Positions 35,201 to 47,927 are shown, numbered from the whole stretch's first letter. The stretch is 63,093 nucleotides of DNA, filler included, from Lenisia limosa (GCA_001655205.1; 8 parts of 8 records of this genome joined end to end with filler, not necessarily neighbours in it); one strand, 5' to 3'. The notes: generated by a model not told the origin, from the letters alone. Numbers and translations are program-made.

Positions 35201-38200
35201 TGTCATGTTTAGATTTGAGCATTTCAGCATCTTGATTGAGTTGTTGAACGGTTGTTTCGAGGCTAAAAAGGTTAATCGTCAAATAACTGGGCTCACCCTG
35301 AAGCTGCTGATTTTAACACTTGAATTTCCTACAAAAATTAGAGCTGTCTCATATCAATCATCAATAACAAGAGATATTACTATAATAAAAGATCCTTCCA
35401 GATCATCACAGCACAAATCAAAGGATACCCTCTTTGACTTACAGATGAGTGAGAAATCTGATTTGACTCTGACATGGACTGTTCTCGTTGCAACTGGTTC
35501 TCCAGTGCATGGATCTCATGGGTCTGTCTAACAAGGTCAGGTTACCAAAAAAAAAAACTAACAACCCCCCCCCNNNNNNNNNNCATAAATAAACAGAAAA
35601 GGGCACCAAATACTTAGAGTTTAGAGCGTCTTTTTCTTCCAACTGCTCCTTAAGGTTCCGCGACTCAAGTTTTAGTCTAGAAAGTCACACTCCTCTTATT
35701 GAATTGTGGAAAACTATTTGTTTTTATTTCCCCCCCCCNNNNNNNNNNNNNNNNNNNNNNNNNNNNNNNNNNNNNNNNNNNNNNNNNNNNNNNNNNNNNN
35801 NNNNNNNNNNNNNNNNNNNNNNNNNNNNTTCGCAGGTCTTCTCAGCGTCAGCAATTGTTTGTGCGACCTTCTGTTCAAGCAAATCAATTTGGCTTTGCTT
35901 GTCGTTTTTGTTGGAATTGAGGTCTGAAACTTCTTTCTCAAGGAGAGATATGGTTTTGCACGAACTGTAGGAAGAAATTACCATTATATCATCTGGTTAC
36001 ATACCTTTCTTTGACTTCTCTCATCTCAGAAAGGGTAATTTTTTTGTTTATTTCCGCTTCAGAAATGGCCAAAGCCAGCTTTTCTTCGTATTTCTCGGCG
36101 ATCGCTTTCTTTTCATCTTCATGGCACTCCTTCATTTTTTCGGCATCTTGACGGAGCTGTAAAATAGTCGTTTCAAGGCTACAAATGTCAAAATCACCAC
36201 AAATCTTACTCAGATAGTTTATTCTCCAGGGAAGTCACGTTTTTCTGGAGAATTTGTCCTTCTTCTCGTGATTTATAGAGCTCATTATCATAGTTTTCAG
36301 TTGTAGCGTTGTGCTCGGATTTCAATGTTTCCAGTACATTTTCATGCTTGACTTTAAGCATCTCAGTATCTTCGTTGAGCTTGTGCATGGTTGTCTCACG
36401 GCTACAATAAGGTCACAAAAGAGCTCAACCTACCCGAAAAGCTTGTTATTCAGTGAAGTGATGTCATTTTTAAGAACTAAGCGCTCTTCTCGAGACTTCC
36501 GAAGCTCATTTTCGTAATTGTCAGTGAGGGTATTATGCTCAGATTTTAACGTATCCAAGGCACCCTCATGTTTAGATTTAGAGGACTCGTAAACAGACTT
36601 CAAAACTGTTGCCTCCTCGTTCATAAAGGAAATGGTGTCGACATGGCTAGAAGGTAAAAAAAAAAGGGGGGGGGGGTCCCAACTTGTCTATTTCCTTCTG
36701 GAGGTCCTGCAATTGTTTTTTGTGCACATTTTCAACTCCATTGATTTTTGACGTCAATGTGAGAATTTGTAAACTCAAATCCTCGACCTTCGCTGACGAT
36801 TCCGAATATTCTGCCTCCAATGCAGCATAGGCCTCATCTTTGGCCACTAAATCTGACTACAACCATAAGATTGAGTCCTTTTCAGGTATTATATGTACGA
36901 ATATTGAATAAATGTGGACTAAGACATAATCATATTGATAAAGTTGCTCACAATTGAAACTTCTGGTACGGCCGGCTCCTGGTCGTTACGCATTCGTTTA
37001 GATGGGGGGTCGTCAATAGATGGCGAGGCCTTACGTGTTGCAAGAGAACCGCCCTTGCAAGGTTAGAATACATGCAAACTGGGGTACAGAAGAGATTATA
37101 CATTTCATTTCTTCAAACCATTTTCTGAATCGCCTGCATATCAGCCATTTGCTTCTGAAGCGCCTGGACTTTCTTCTGGAGCCTCTGGATCATGGTCTTA
37201 TCATCAATAACCTCATTAATGATTGGTTTGTTTCTAACACTCTTAGCGCGAGTGGCAAACTTCAATGTTGAGATTGTTTCTTCGCTGAAATATTACAGGA
37301 CAAAAGAAAAACCTTCACTTGATAAGAAACATTAAGATACAGACCAAAGTCCAACTTGTAGCAAAATGAGGAATTATTCAGATGTGATTGCAAGCTTACC
37401 AATGCTGATGGGCAGGAGTAACAGCACAGATCACAGCAGTTAAAGAGTTACCTGATAGCATAAGTCACAGAAATCTAAGTTGGTTTGCACTGGGTAGTTA
37501 AAAGCGAATATTATATGATAAATGTCAATTCAATAAAGGTAATAATTATAGAAGTATGAAATATATTCTATTTTACTTTGTAATATCAGAGCATCACTGA
37601 GACTTGTAATATAAAAGTGGTAATTTTCCTTAACAATTGTAAACGATTAAGCAACAGTGTTGGTTAGTTTAAGGCAAATTGTTCCTTCTCTTTGTTTTTA
37701 TTTCTCAATCAGTATAAAGTTCGTAGATGAAGGTAATTTGATTGGGTTTGAAGAGAATTGCCTTAAATTCTCCATTAAGCTGACTCCTGCTTTAAGTAGT
37801 AATCATATACTATACGGTATATATATATATATATATATCCATATGATACATATTAGGTAATATATATAAGATTTGATAGTAAATAATTTAGAGTTTCACT
37901 TTCGGTTCCCAAACACCTGTAAAATATCAATATTTATCGAAGATTTATCGAGAATTCAGTCTTTTTTGGAACCGGAAATGTGAAGCTCCAGTAAATATCA
38001 TATAAAAACTGCCCAAAAAGCTAGAGTGACATACCTCCCAAAGAAGGCTGCAGTATTCTTGTCAACTTGGAGTCACGATAGGGGATATAGCCTCCACTAC
38101 GCCGTTAAGGTGCAATGTGAGCAAATGAGAAGCCGAATTTGACTTTTAAAAAGGATATTGACGTGAAATTTCATGAGATGACAGAACTTCAAAAGAGTCA

Positions 38201-40090
38201 ACCCAAACGGACTTTTTCTTGTCGCTGAGCGTGGAAATGACGCGTTGCAAGGTCAGAAGCGAACGGTTAATGTGCGATCCTTCCCGGAGGCGTGCCCCTT
38301 CAGCACCCGTGTGACGCGCCCTCTCACTTCCCGCCAAATCTACCAGGGTCTGAGGGGAGGAGGTAAAGATGAATGGGATACTCCAGGGTAATATAACCTA
38401 ATGGTGCTGCCAACCAGAGTTGAAGATAGCTTCGAGATTCCGCCTTCTGAGCGAGGCCTTTTTTTTGTGGGTGTGGGCATAGGTTCTTTATCACACGAAT
38501 CAATCGACTGCAATGTCAAAATGGAAATGGGGGGGGGGGGGGGNNNNNNNNNNNNNNNNNNNNNNNNNNNNNNNNNNNNNNNNNNNNNNNNNNNNNNNNN
38601 NNNNNNNNNNNNNNNNNNNNNNNNNNNNNNNNNNNNNNNNNNNNNNNNNNCTAAAGATGGAGTGCGAGCGAGAGGACTGCTGGTTCATATCCGTTGCTCC
38701 AACCTGTCGGTTGGCTGTGGTGTCAACCTTGGAAATTTTGGAGTTTATTTCCATGGGTGTACTTTTGAAATACTGTGCAAAACAAATCCAACAAGCTGTC
38801 AGAGAATCAAAAACTTTAAATAGCATACCACTTCCTTGATTCAGAACGTCCATGGCTTCTTCAGGGGTGGCAATGATTTCTTCCCTCTGTCCTCGCACAA
38901 CAATGCCCCTCTAGAGGAGTAAAGTTGAATACAATCCAACTCCCTTTTCACCATCAATAAAATCAAGTATAAAAAGTACCAACGATCAGCGCTTTCTAGC
39001 ACTATAGTTTCTGCACCACCACCCATACATCACTCCCCCTACCCCAGCTTCTTCCTGGATTTTGATTTCGGTACCATTCTGGGGGTCCAAAAGATCCCGC
39101 ACAGACTCGTTGTAGATTTCAAGATACGAAATGCGGAACACAAACTCCCTTTGAGAAAGCTAGAAGAATGAAATAAAAAAGAAGTAGTTCTCACGTCCTG
39201 AGCAAGTTGAAACACTTCGTTGATCGCCCGCGGGATGATTCCGATGTTAGAAGGCATGCCGGACATGGTGAATGTTTTACCGGATGATGTCTGTCCATAG
39301 GCAAAAATTGTACCTGGAGGATGTGAGAAATGTACTTCAGACTTAAGATAGGAATGTTGCCCTATCTATTAGAATTATGTTCAGATGACTAACGTTCGAG
39401 TCAAATGAACAAGATAACATGAGAGTTGTGTGGAAAATATATATTATGTGAAAATGATCAAAAAAAGTGATAAAAGAAAATAAGATATGATGATGGTTGA
39501 AGGGCTACCCCCAGGTGTGAAAAACAAAACAAGGGCTTGGCCCAGAAAAGATCATTGTCAAAAGACTTCAATCAGTTTCTTGCCTATACTCAGTCCTAGA
39601 AAACAAACCTAGGTGCCACCCTGAAGCATACCGTTAACACCGTTTATAGATTCTGACACAATTCTCTTGGCAACTGACTGGTAAATATCCTCATTTGTGG
39701 ATTCTGTTGAGAAGACGCGATCTAGGAGAGGGGGGGGGGGGGTCAAATAAANNNNNNNNNNNNNNNNNNNNNNNNNNNNNNNNNNNNNNNNNNNNNNNNN
39801 NNNNNNNNNNNNNNNNNNNNNNNNNNNNNNNNNNNNNNNACAAAACAAACAATAACAAAAACGAGCATTAAACTGGACAAAAATCAGACAATATAAACAC
39901 AAAAAACAAATAGGGGATCAAATCTGAATGTCATACCAAAATTGAAAGTTGACGCTGTGAGAGGTCTCCCATCCGGAGACACAACGTTCACCCCATTAGA
40001 ATTGACTTCAAGAACGTTCTTAGCGTTTTGTGTCAGCTCCCTTTCGTTGAGAGGTCGGATCCTCACAACCGTTGAGATAGCATCTGCCAT
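32271..40090 (-). CDS. CENPE: Kinesin-7 / CENP-E-like kinesin with a long coiled coil
   Basis: N-terminal motor: [37 protein letters not shown] (P-loop), [29 protein letters not shown]. Long coiled-coil exons follow. Final exon ends [10 protein letters not shown] (compare human CENP-E ECKTQ). Confidence 0.88.
32392..32455. repeat. 32-bp tandem duplication in the last kinesin intron
   Basis: AATTCACCCCATTACTCTCAGGATATCAGAAG twice. Confidence 0.85.
37889..37990. mobile_element. MITE, same family, in a kinesin intron
   Basis: TAGAGTTTCACTTTCGGTTC...GAACCGGAAATGTGAAGCTCCA. Confidence 0.75.
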
Positions 40091-40539
40091 TGTGAAAAAA
40101 CTGAAGAGGAGGTCGGAAGACTGCTTCTTCCAAATATATATGGTTGGTCTGTACCAAGTAGTCTGTGTCAGGTCTGTGCTGGGTCTGTGTCTCCAGCTTG
40201 TCTCCCGCACCTCCACAGTGTATTTTTTAAGGGGGAAATTGGGGGTGGGGGCATCCCCATATTTATATTTTTTTTTCAATAGAAAACAAAAAAAACTGAA
40301 AAAAACAAAGAACAGACAAAGAACAACTAGATAACTAGATATAAATTTGATATAAATAGATAAATATTTAGGAAGATAAACTGATGATAGGGTGAAATAA
40401 AAACAATCATGAATTTCTTTCTTCTGACGTTACTTTTTGTACCGTTTGTGGGAAAGGGGGGGGATGGGTAATTAAAAAACAGGAGGCGAGTGGGGGTCAA
40501 AATTTTAATGAGGGCTGTGGGTTATGGGGGAGAAAGATC

Positions 40540-41260
40540 TCTACTCACCCCATGATGTTGGCGCCAAGTCATTAATCATGATAATATCCGGCCTATTTTG
40601 GAACTAATGAAGTAATCACGAACAATTTTATTGGTTGTGAATTCACCTCTTCAGGTTCCTCGCTTTCAAGCTCTCCAGTGATGGCGTTGCCCATGATTTT
40701 GAAGTGGCCTATCCTATCAAAGACTCTTCACCTACACCGAAGGTATGCTTGGCGTTGTGCTGCTTGGGCCAATTGGGATGTGGTTGGATACACTAGACTT
40801 TAAAAAATTGTATTAATGTGCATTCAGAGCTATGTTGACAATGCTGCTGCGGGAACCCTTTCATTGGGTAAGTGTTGTGTCCGTACATTGTAAGCCTTTC
40901 TTGTGTCCGTACATTGGGTAAATGTTGTGTCCGTACATTGTAAGCCGTATCGAGAGTACACTTCATGCTTTTAGACCCATTGAATATTGCTTCATTTGGC
41001 GAACGGGATAACATCTCTCTTGACCATTTTACCTGGGTCCCAATGCAGCTCCTCTGCTCGCTAACCTTGGGCTGTAACGTCTCGAAAGGGGGACTTACAT
41101 GGTATAAAGACAGCCTCCATAGGAATCAACCATTTGTATTCTCTCAGTTACCAATGGCTGACTCTCGTTAGCTACCTTTCAAGCTGAAGTTGTTGGAAAC
41201 TGCGACCGAATCAGGGCTTTTATCAAGAATGTCCCTCGGACCGCTGAATACGAAATTACT
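40540..41260 (-). CDS. Possible multi-exon hypothetical gene fragments
   Basis: Several open segments with GT/AG junctions (e.g. NFVFSGPRDILDKSPDSVAVSNNFSLK, KIMGNAITGELESEEPEE). No family recognised and phases not fully reconciled. Confidence 0.25.
40870..40945. repeat. Minisatellite with a TTGTGTCCGTACATTG core
   Basis: Three cores with alternating spacers. Confidence 0.75.
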
Positions 41261-41297
41261 GTGAGTTGGGGTGCGGGAGACAGAATACTATGAAAGG

Positions 41298-41397
41298 TAG
41301 GGCTTCACCACGGTCCGAAAAAGACCGGTAAAATATCGAGGATTTTCGAGGATTTATCGAGAAATTCGGTCTTTTTTCAAACCGAAGTGAAGCCCTG
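41298..41397. mobile_element. ~100-bp hAT-type MITE
   Basis: Intact TIRs TAGGGCTTCAC...GTGAAGCCCTG; no clear TSD. Confidence 0.85.
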
Positions 41398-41953
41398 GTC
41401 ATTATGATTTCTTTTTGCATTTGTCAAATCTGACCCATGAAGATAAAGTCATCAAACGACACAAGCACTGTTTCCCTCCTGGGGCTTGAGTCGGATTATG
41501 TTTTCCTTTTTGGCGTAACCGGACAAGCATATGACGTACAAGTAAGCGTTCCCCTCAAAAGCTAAATATTATTCTCAATGCAAATCAAATATTTTTGTTG
41601 TTTGTTTAGTCTATTGTGAGATTTGACACTTTACTGTCTTTCTTATCTGACGGAACAGCTCTGTCACACCCCATCGAATGAGTGCACGCCCACATTTTAC
41701 GTCGAAATACTTGGTCAATATGTCGTTGCTGAAGGTTGGGACAGTTTGAGGCCTTTTCTTCCTTCGCTTTGTTGAGGTGTGAGATATTTCTTTTTGCGTT
41801 TCCGCCTCTACTGCAGTTTTCTCACCTTATCTAGAATCCGCGATTGTTAATATGAATCTACCCGCCTTTGTCCCCTTCCCCACCAGTGACTTCTTTATTG
41901 AGGTAATTGTCAGGATTGAGGGCTCATGTCAGTTTAATTAACTTGGTGGTTCC

Positions 41954-42510
41954 AAGTGGTTCCCTACGGTCCGGTTCAGACCGTTCATTTTTCAATTCAC
42001 AAAAAGACCGGACCGGATCGGATCGGACCGCTCACAATTTTGAACAGTCCGGACCGAACCGTACTTCAAACCCAGAGGAGTTTTCAGTAGTTGTAGTGTA
42101 TCAAGTATTTTTTCATTGTTCCGTTTTGTAATATTTGAACTGGTCCTGAGAAACTTTTGGAAGAGTATACAAAAACATCCTTATATCCCCATTTTTTTTT
42201 ATTAAAAAACCAGGCCTGGGATTCCAAAAATACAGGGTCTGGGTTAATTGTGTTCAATTATGTATTATTTCATCTTGGCTGAATGGGATAAACAACAGTT
42301 TAAACTACTGTGACCAGGGTTCAAGCCCAAATAAGTGCATTTTTCCCCCCTCTAGGTATTTTTTTTTCTTGATTTTTTTTTATTTTTCTTTTCCCACTTT
42401 TGTTTCTCCGGACCGGACCGAACCGCTCATTTAAATATCTCACAAAGACCGGACCAGACCAGATCGTTCCATTGAGCGGTCCGGTCCGAACGGACCGTAG
42501 GGAACCACTA
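41954..42510. mobile_element. ~557-bp non-autonomous DNA transposon with subterminal CCGGA/CCGAA repeats
   Basis: TIRs AGTGGTTCCCTACGGTCCG / CGGACCGTAGGGAACCACT; clustered GACCGGACCG repeats near both ends; no ORF inside. Confidence 0.8.
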
Positions 42511-42583
42511 GGTTCATCTTAATTGAAGATAAGTCCAAAACTAATGAGCCCAGCGTCTGATGTACCATGAACGTACTTTCCAG

Positions 42584-42884
42584 GAGGTTTTGGCATCCTT
42601 TGTGAGCTACGGGTCAAGTGAGGAAAGACTGCACATCCTCTTGCAAATGGTTGGGGGTGGGGGAGTAAAACGAAGGAAATTTTGATTAAGAATATTAGCG
42701 TAAAAGAACAAATCACGAACCGAATAATCTGAAACTACTTGAGCAACACATAAAAACTTGTTGTGGATGAGGACAACTATCATAGCATACTGAATCCTTT
42801 TCCTACTACACTTTGTCTTACCAAATAACTTTACAGAGAAACATTAACACGTGGAGACTGCACTGTAACGGCATCTTTGAGGAT
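42584..42884 (+). CDS. Exon fragment(s) of an unknown gene running into the spacer; strand ambiguous
   Basis: ttccag|EVLASFVSYGSSEERLHILLQM|gttggggg. A minus-strand exon reading (FPHLTRSSQRMPKPPGK|gtacgt) is also possible. Confidence 0.3.
42650..42735. repeat. Partial copy of the intron-end repeat family, G-rich end abutting a possible donor
   Basis: GTTGGGGGTGGGGGAGTAAAACGAAGGAAATTT...CGAACCGAATAATCTGAAAC; matches 22180-22245. Confidence 0.7.
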
Positions 42885-43201
42885 NNNNNNNNNNNNNNNN
42901 NNNNNNNNNNNNNNNNNNNNNNNNNNNNTTAATTAATTAANNNNNNNNNNNNNNNNNNNNNNNNNNNNNNNNNNNNNNNNNNNNGTTGGGTGGGGGGCTT
43001 AATCAATAAGAGGACTGAGTATTTCGATATATACTTTATAAATATCAACATTATCACTGTCGTTTTTAAAGCATATGGAAATTTTATCATTGTTTCTCTC
43101 TGGTCTGAAATAAACCGATAGAATATCGATAGTTTTCAAGGTTATATTTGGAGCCGAAGAGAACCCTAATCATTCTCACTTTAGATTACTAACTCTTTCA
43201 G

Positions 43202-46057
43202 GGCCCCACAGCACCCCCAGGCGCCCACAGCATCATTGAAGGTATCTTTCATGCTGTTTCGTTGAATATGAGACTCGAAAGTGGTCATATGATCATATCA
43301 CCGGCAACTTATCATACAATTTTTGAATTTAATCCCCCCCCCCCTCTCATCATTCAATTCACGTTTTGTTGTCAACTCAACCCTCTTGTATTATCAGCCG
43401 ACAGAATTGAATTGGGCTTTTTGTTTTTTTGCTTCATTAACTTTCTAATTTTACTCCCCCCTTAGGTATCTGACTTAGCTGAAGCAGACCCTCCCTCAAC
43501 CCTCGACGAGGCCCTCAACGCCGCTCTCCAACTCAGCGCCTCCGAACCTCTGAGATCCCATGGTTGGGGGATTTTGATGGGTATTTTATTTCGGGGGAGG
43601 GGGGGGGNNNNNNNNNNNNNNNNNNNNNNNNNNNNNNNNNNNNNNNNNNNNNNNNNNGTCTTTTTTTTGAGTTGTGTTTTAGTGGGGTCGATAACTATCG
43701 AAATTAATCAATCGAGAATTTACTGATTGTCTTGATCAGAGTGAAGCCCTAGTCGTTATTACATAGAAACAGACGCGCTGGAAGGAGAAATCCGCCGCCT
43801 TGCTGCCATTTTGGAGGAGAGGGATGCGGAAATTGCCGACCTGAACGCTCGCGTGGGACTTTTGCCTGTGGATGATAGGTTTGTGTTGCAATTTGTACCT
43901 ATTATTCTGTAGTATTGTCATTTGAGTAATACATTATGTGTTGTTATTATGTTTGTTTTTTTTATCATATTTTATGAAGATTTGATTACTTTCCTTATCA
44001 AGCACTCTTTCCCTAATTATTCTCTTCTCTCACCATTATTTCAGTCAAAGCCAGGACCAAACAAGTCGACTTGCTGACGCCCTCAGTCAAATTGAGAACC
44101 CCATCAGGTGAGATTATAGAAATTGAGACTCACTCAAATGCACCCAACTCTTTCAATTTGTTACATATAAATTCCAATTTTACCCCCCCCCCCCCNNNNN
44201 NNNNNNNNNNNNNNNNNNNNNNNNNNNNNNNNNNNNNNNNNNNNNNNNNNNNNNNNNNNNNNNNNNNNNNNNNNNNNNNNNNNNTCCGCGGTTGATGAAC
44301 GGGACTACACTGCCGCGCAGCTGGCGCAAGCTGAAGAGGCGTTGGCGCAACTTGAGCAGCAGAATGCAGACGCTCAGCGCGAAATTGCAGATCTTCAGTC
44401 AGCCAGGGCCGCGGACCAAAACCGAATTTGTGCGTTTGAAGCCGAATTCGCTGAATTCACGGAGACGGCCCGGGGTAAAATTGAGAATTTGGAGAGGGCT
44501 AGTAGGCAAGTTGGTGAGGCTGCCCTTGATGATGTTGATGTTGATGTTGTGTGTGATGGAAGAGATGAAAGAGATGATTCTGATAAGGAGGAGGATGGAC
44601 AAAGGAAGACGAGGAATGAAGAGGACAAGAAGCTCCAAGAGGAAACCCGGCACAGTGGTGAAGATATGAACCACCTTGTTGAACAAATCAATAGCCTCAA
44701 TGAAGACAATCATAATTTATTTGAAGAGGTCAGGAACCTTGGTGAAAAAAACCACGTTTTGATTGACGAAAATCAACAATTGGTTAGCGAAAATCGGGGC
44801 CTGGTTGAAAACAGTCAAATATTGATTGAGGAGAAATTCGAGCTTTTAGAGACCTGTAACAGTCTCAAAGAGGATAACTCCGCTCTCAAAACAACAGCGT
44901 CCTCGCTAGAGAGGAAGACCGACCAGCTTAATGCATTGAACGTCACCCTCGAAACCCGAGCAAATGATCTTGAAAAAAGAGTTGCTGAGTCGCTTGCTGC
45001 TGAGAAGGCGTTTGAACAAATGAGTTCTAGAATGGCTGATTTGGAGGACAAATTGGTGGGGGGGCATATTTGATATTTGAGTGCGAGAAGGAAATTCTTC
45101 GTTTCTTTGGTTTATCTGGGGTTTTTTTTTTTNNNNNNNNNNNNNNNNNNNNNNNNNNNNNNNNNNNNNNNNNNNNNNNNNNNNNNNNNNNNNNNNNNNN
45201 NNNNNNNNNNNNNNNNNNNNNNNNNNNNNNNNNNNNNNNNNNNNNNNNNNNNNNNNNNNNNNNNNNNNNNNNNNNNNNNNNNNNNNNNNNNNNNNNNNNN
45301 NNNNNNNNNNNNNNNNNNNNNNNNNNNNNNNNNNNNNNNNNNNNNNCTTGTAGCCTTGTAGAGAAGCTGAATCAAAGCCAAGAAGAGGTACAGTCGTATG
45401 AGGGGTGGTGTATTGGGGTTAGCGAAAGGGGGGTCTTCAATGTCTTTTTATTAGGGCTTCACTTTGGTTCGAAAAAAGACTGAATTTCTCGATAAATCCT
45501 CGAAAACTATCGATATTTTACCGGTATTTTTCGAACCGAAGTGAAGCCCTACTTCTAATCTTACGATTCACTATTTCTTCTATTTGTAATCTTATAATCA
45601 ATTGCTTTATTTTCATGCAGAAATGACCACTACATAACCATATCACATTTCTGTCTTCCTCATTTCATAGGCTCTCGCAACAACTTTCCGAATCAACTAA
45701 GATCCAAGCCTTGCCCCATCTTCAGGTTTGTTGAAATTGGAGTTCATCTAACAATGGGTAGTGTTGTTTTACAATCTACAATAAATATTAAGGGCTGATT
45801 TTTCGTCGTCAAAAATACAACCTGATTTTTAGACAAGTTGGTCAATTTTGTCTTTCCCTTAAGGTCCCAAAACAAATGAATTTCTCGAAATACATTTATA
45901 CATATCTCTTCGAAATCGCTAATTACGCTGATTGCGCAAGCTCGATTTGGAAGAGCAGCTCTAGTAGAATCTGAGCTAATTTAACAGGATGCCAACCATG
46001 TGGGCATGTCGCATTTGAGCCCCCGAAAGCACCCGGGGACCTCACCCGAATTACGGT
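43202..46057 (+). CDS. Long coiled-coil protein, internal fragment
   Basis: Exons DALEGEIRRLAAILEERDAEIADLNAR and a 243-aa open segment (AQLEQQNADAQREIADLQ...LEQINSLNEDNHNLFEEV...MADLEDKL|gtggggggg) with heptad character and an acidic insertion. Confidence 0.7.
43365..43465 (+). repeat. Intron 3'-end repeat, copy in the coiled-coil gene
   Basis: TTTTGTTGTCAACTCAACCCTCTTGT..CAGCCGACAGAATTGAATTGGGC...CTAATTTTACTCCCCCCTTAG|. Confidence 0.75.
45452..45551. mobile_element. ~100-bp hAT-type MITE (reference copy)
   Basis: TAGGGCTTCACTTTGGTTCGAAAAA...TTTTTCGAACCGAAGTGAAGCCCTA terminal inverted repeats; flanks ctttttat/cttctaat (6/8). Confidence 0.9.
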
Positions 46058-46095
46058 ATTGGGGGGAGGTGGTAACTCTGATGTGGCTTTTTGGG

Positions 46096-46194
46096 CAGGG
46101 CTTCAATTCGGTTTAAAAAGAGACTGAATTTGTCGATAAATATTCGATAAATATGGATATTTTATCAGTTTTTTCGAACCGAAGTGAAGCCCTA
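46096..46194. mobile_element. ~100-bp hAT-type MITE
   Basis: Same TIRs; TSD tttttggg/tttttgag (7/8). Confidence 0.9.
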
Positions 46195-46660
46195 TTTTTG
46201 AGATACCAATCCCTGTCTTCACGCTAACTATTTCACCCTTTATGATGAGTAGTGAGGGTGGTCAACCTTTATGATCCCCTTCGCCATCATCACCCAGTAC
46301 CCCGCTTTATTGTTTTTGTTGTTTTCAACCCAAGTACTGAATAATTTAAACATATATACATGTATATGCTGGGGCGCAGAAATCATGTCCAAAATGCCGA
46401 ATTCATGTCCGAAATAAGATTTGCCTTCGTTTTATACTCNNNNNNNNNNNNNNNNNNNNNNNNNNNNNNNNNNNNNNNNNNNNTTAATTAATTAANNNNN
46501 NNNNNNNNNNNNNNNNNNNNNNNNNNNNNNNNNNNNNNNGGGGGGGGGGCAGAATGTCTTTGTTTTGGGTCAAAAAAAACAAGAAAGTTTATGGAGCAAC
46601 ACATTTGAAAAGGTGTTGTAAGTCTTACTCCCACATCCCTTTTAGTTTTGACCCTTCCAG

Positions 46661-47927
46661 AGCCCTTCTCCATCTCCCTCCCCCTCGCCTTCCCCCCCTA
46701 AGAAGCGTGGTCGAGCTGCAGCTGCCAAGAAGGTTGGTCATGAGGCTTTCTGCTTTGTGTTGGTTCTAGATTCAAACTTCTGTTGTTTTTACCTGTATTT
46801 CTTTTTTCCAAATTTCTGTTGTTTTTGCCTGTATTTATTTCCATATTAGTTGCTTTTTGCTGGTATCTAGATATCTGGGACTATATAATCTTTTGACACC
46901 TTGCTTTTTTTGTACAAGAAAATATATTCAATGAATCCAGGGAAACATAAGAATACCATAAACAAATCACCATAAATATCGCGGAGCGCTTTCCCCCTCG
47001 GATTCTCCCAAAACAGTTCTCTAGTTAGCAGACCGATTGAGCACCTCTTTTCCCCCTTTTTGACCCCATGTTGATATGATTTTAGATTAGCCCTCTTTTC
47101 CCCCTATTTAACTGCTAAGGTGGACGTAAAGCCCCTTGACAAGCCAGACGCCCTCAAGGCTGAGAAGAAGACCAAGACAGCTGGAAAGGTACGGCTGTTT
47201 GAAATGAGCTAATGAGTGATAAGATACATAAAATGGTTATATTTGCCATGTTGTCCTCCGCAACATTTTTCAAAAAAAAACTCGTACTCTTACCTCACTT
47301 GAGGATAACCCCTAATATCCTACATTTGGTATTTCTCAAGTCTATGTGTCTGAGAGCAAAATAACAGTCAATTGGGCTTTGATTGGACCATTATTTTTCT
47401 TCAACCCCCTCCTCTACACCAAGTTTAATTAAGAACAGGTCAACCTCAAGCAAATCATCCCAGTTTCCTGCAAAGTCAATACCGGCTGTAAGTGAGGGCT
47501 ATTTGTTTTAATTAGTGCTTCACTCCGAACCCAAAAATGACTGTATTTCTCGATAAATCGTCGATATATTCTCGGGCTCTGTGCAGTTAATTTTATGAGG
47601 AAATTTATTGACAAAATTAGAAATTAAAGTGTCTGAAAAGGGGTTCTGGTTACAATATGTCCCTCATTAAATTTTGCTTTTTTTTTTTTTCAATTAATTG
47701 CACAGAGCCCTAATATATTCTGATAGTTTTCCGATCTTTTTTTTCTAAGACAGACTGATAGTATCATAACAGTCTTTTGTTTTGACCAATGTCTCTATAT
47801 TGACCAATGTCATTGCCTTTGATATTGGCAATTGCTATATTGACCATTCAGATGAGGTCCTGAAGGACAACGATGTTGTGTACATCTTCATGCTCAACCA
47901 AACCAATATTGCTAACAACAACAACAA
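46661..47927 (+). CDS. Poly(ADP-ribose) polymerase fragment: basic N-terminus and start of the WGR domain (PARP2/3-like)
   Basis: DNDVVYIFMLNQTNIANNNNK matches the PARP WGR-domain motif (NDVYDVMLNQTNLQFNNNKYY). Upstream Lys-rich exons PPKKRGRAAAAKK and KAEKKTKTAGK. Cut by spacers on both sides. Confidence 0.72.

Noticed and set aside
41460-41880. Possible transposase remnant next to the 557-bp element
   Set aside because: Short open segments but no DDE, BED-finger or hAT dimerisation motif recognisable.
45452-46194. Repeated palindromes as a CRISPR array
   Set aside because: Copies are dispersed, about 100 bp long, have TIRs and 8-bp TSDs, lack regular spacers and cas genes, and the DNA is eukaryotic.
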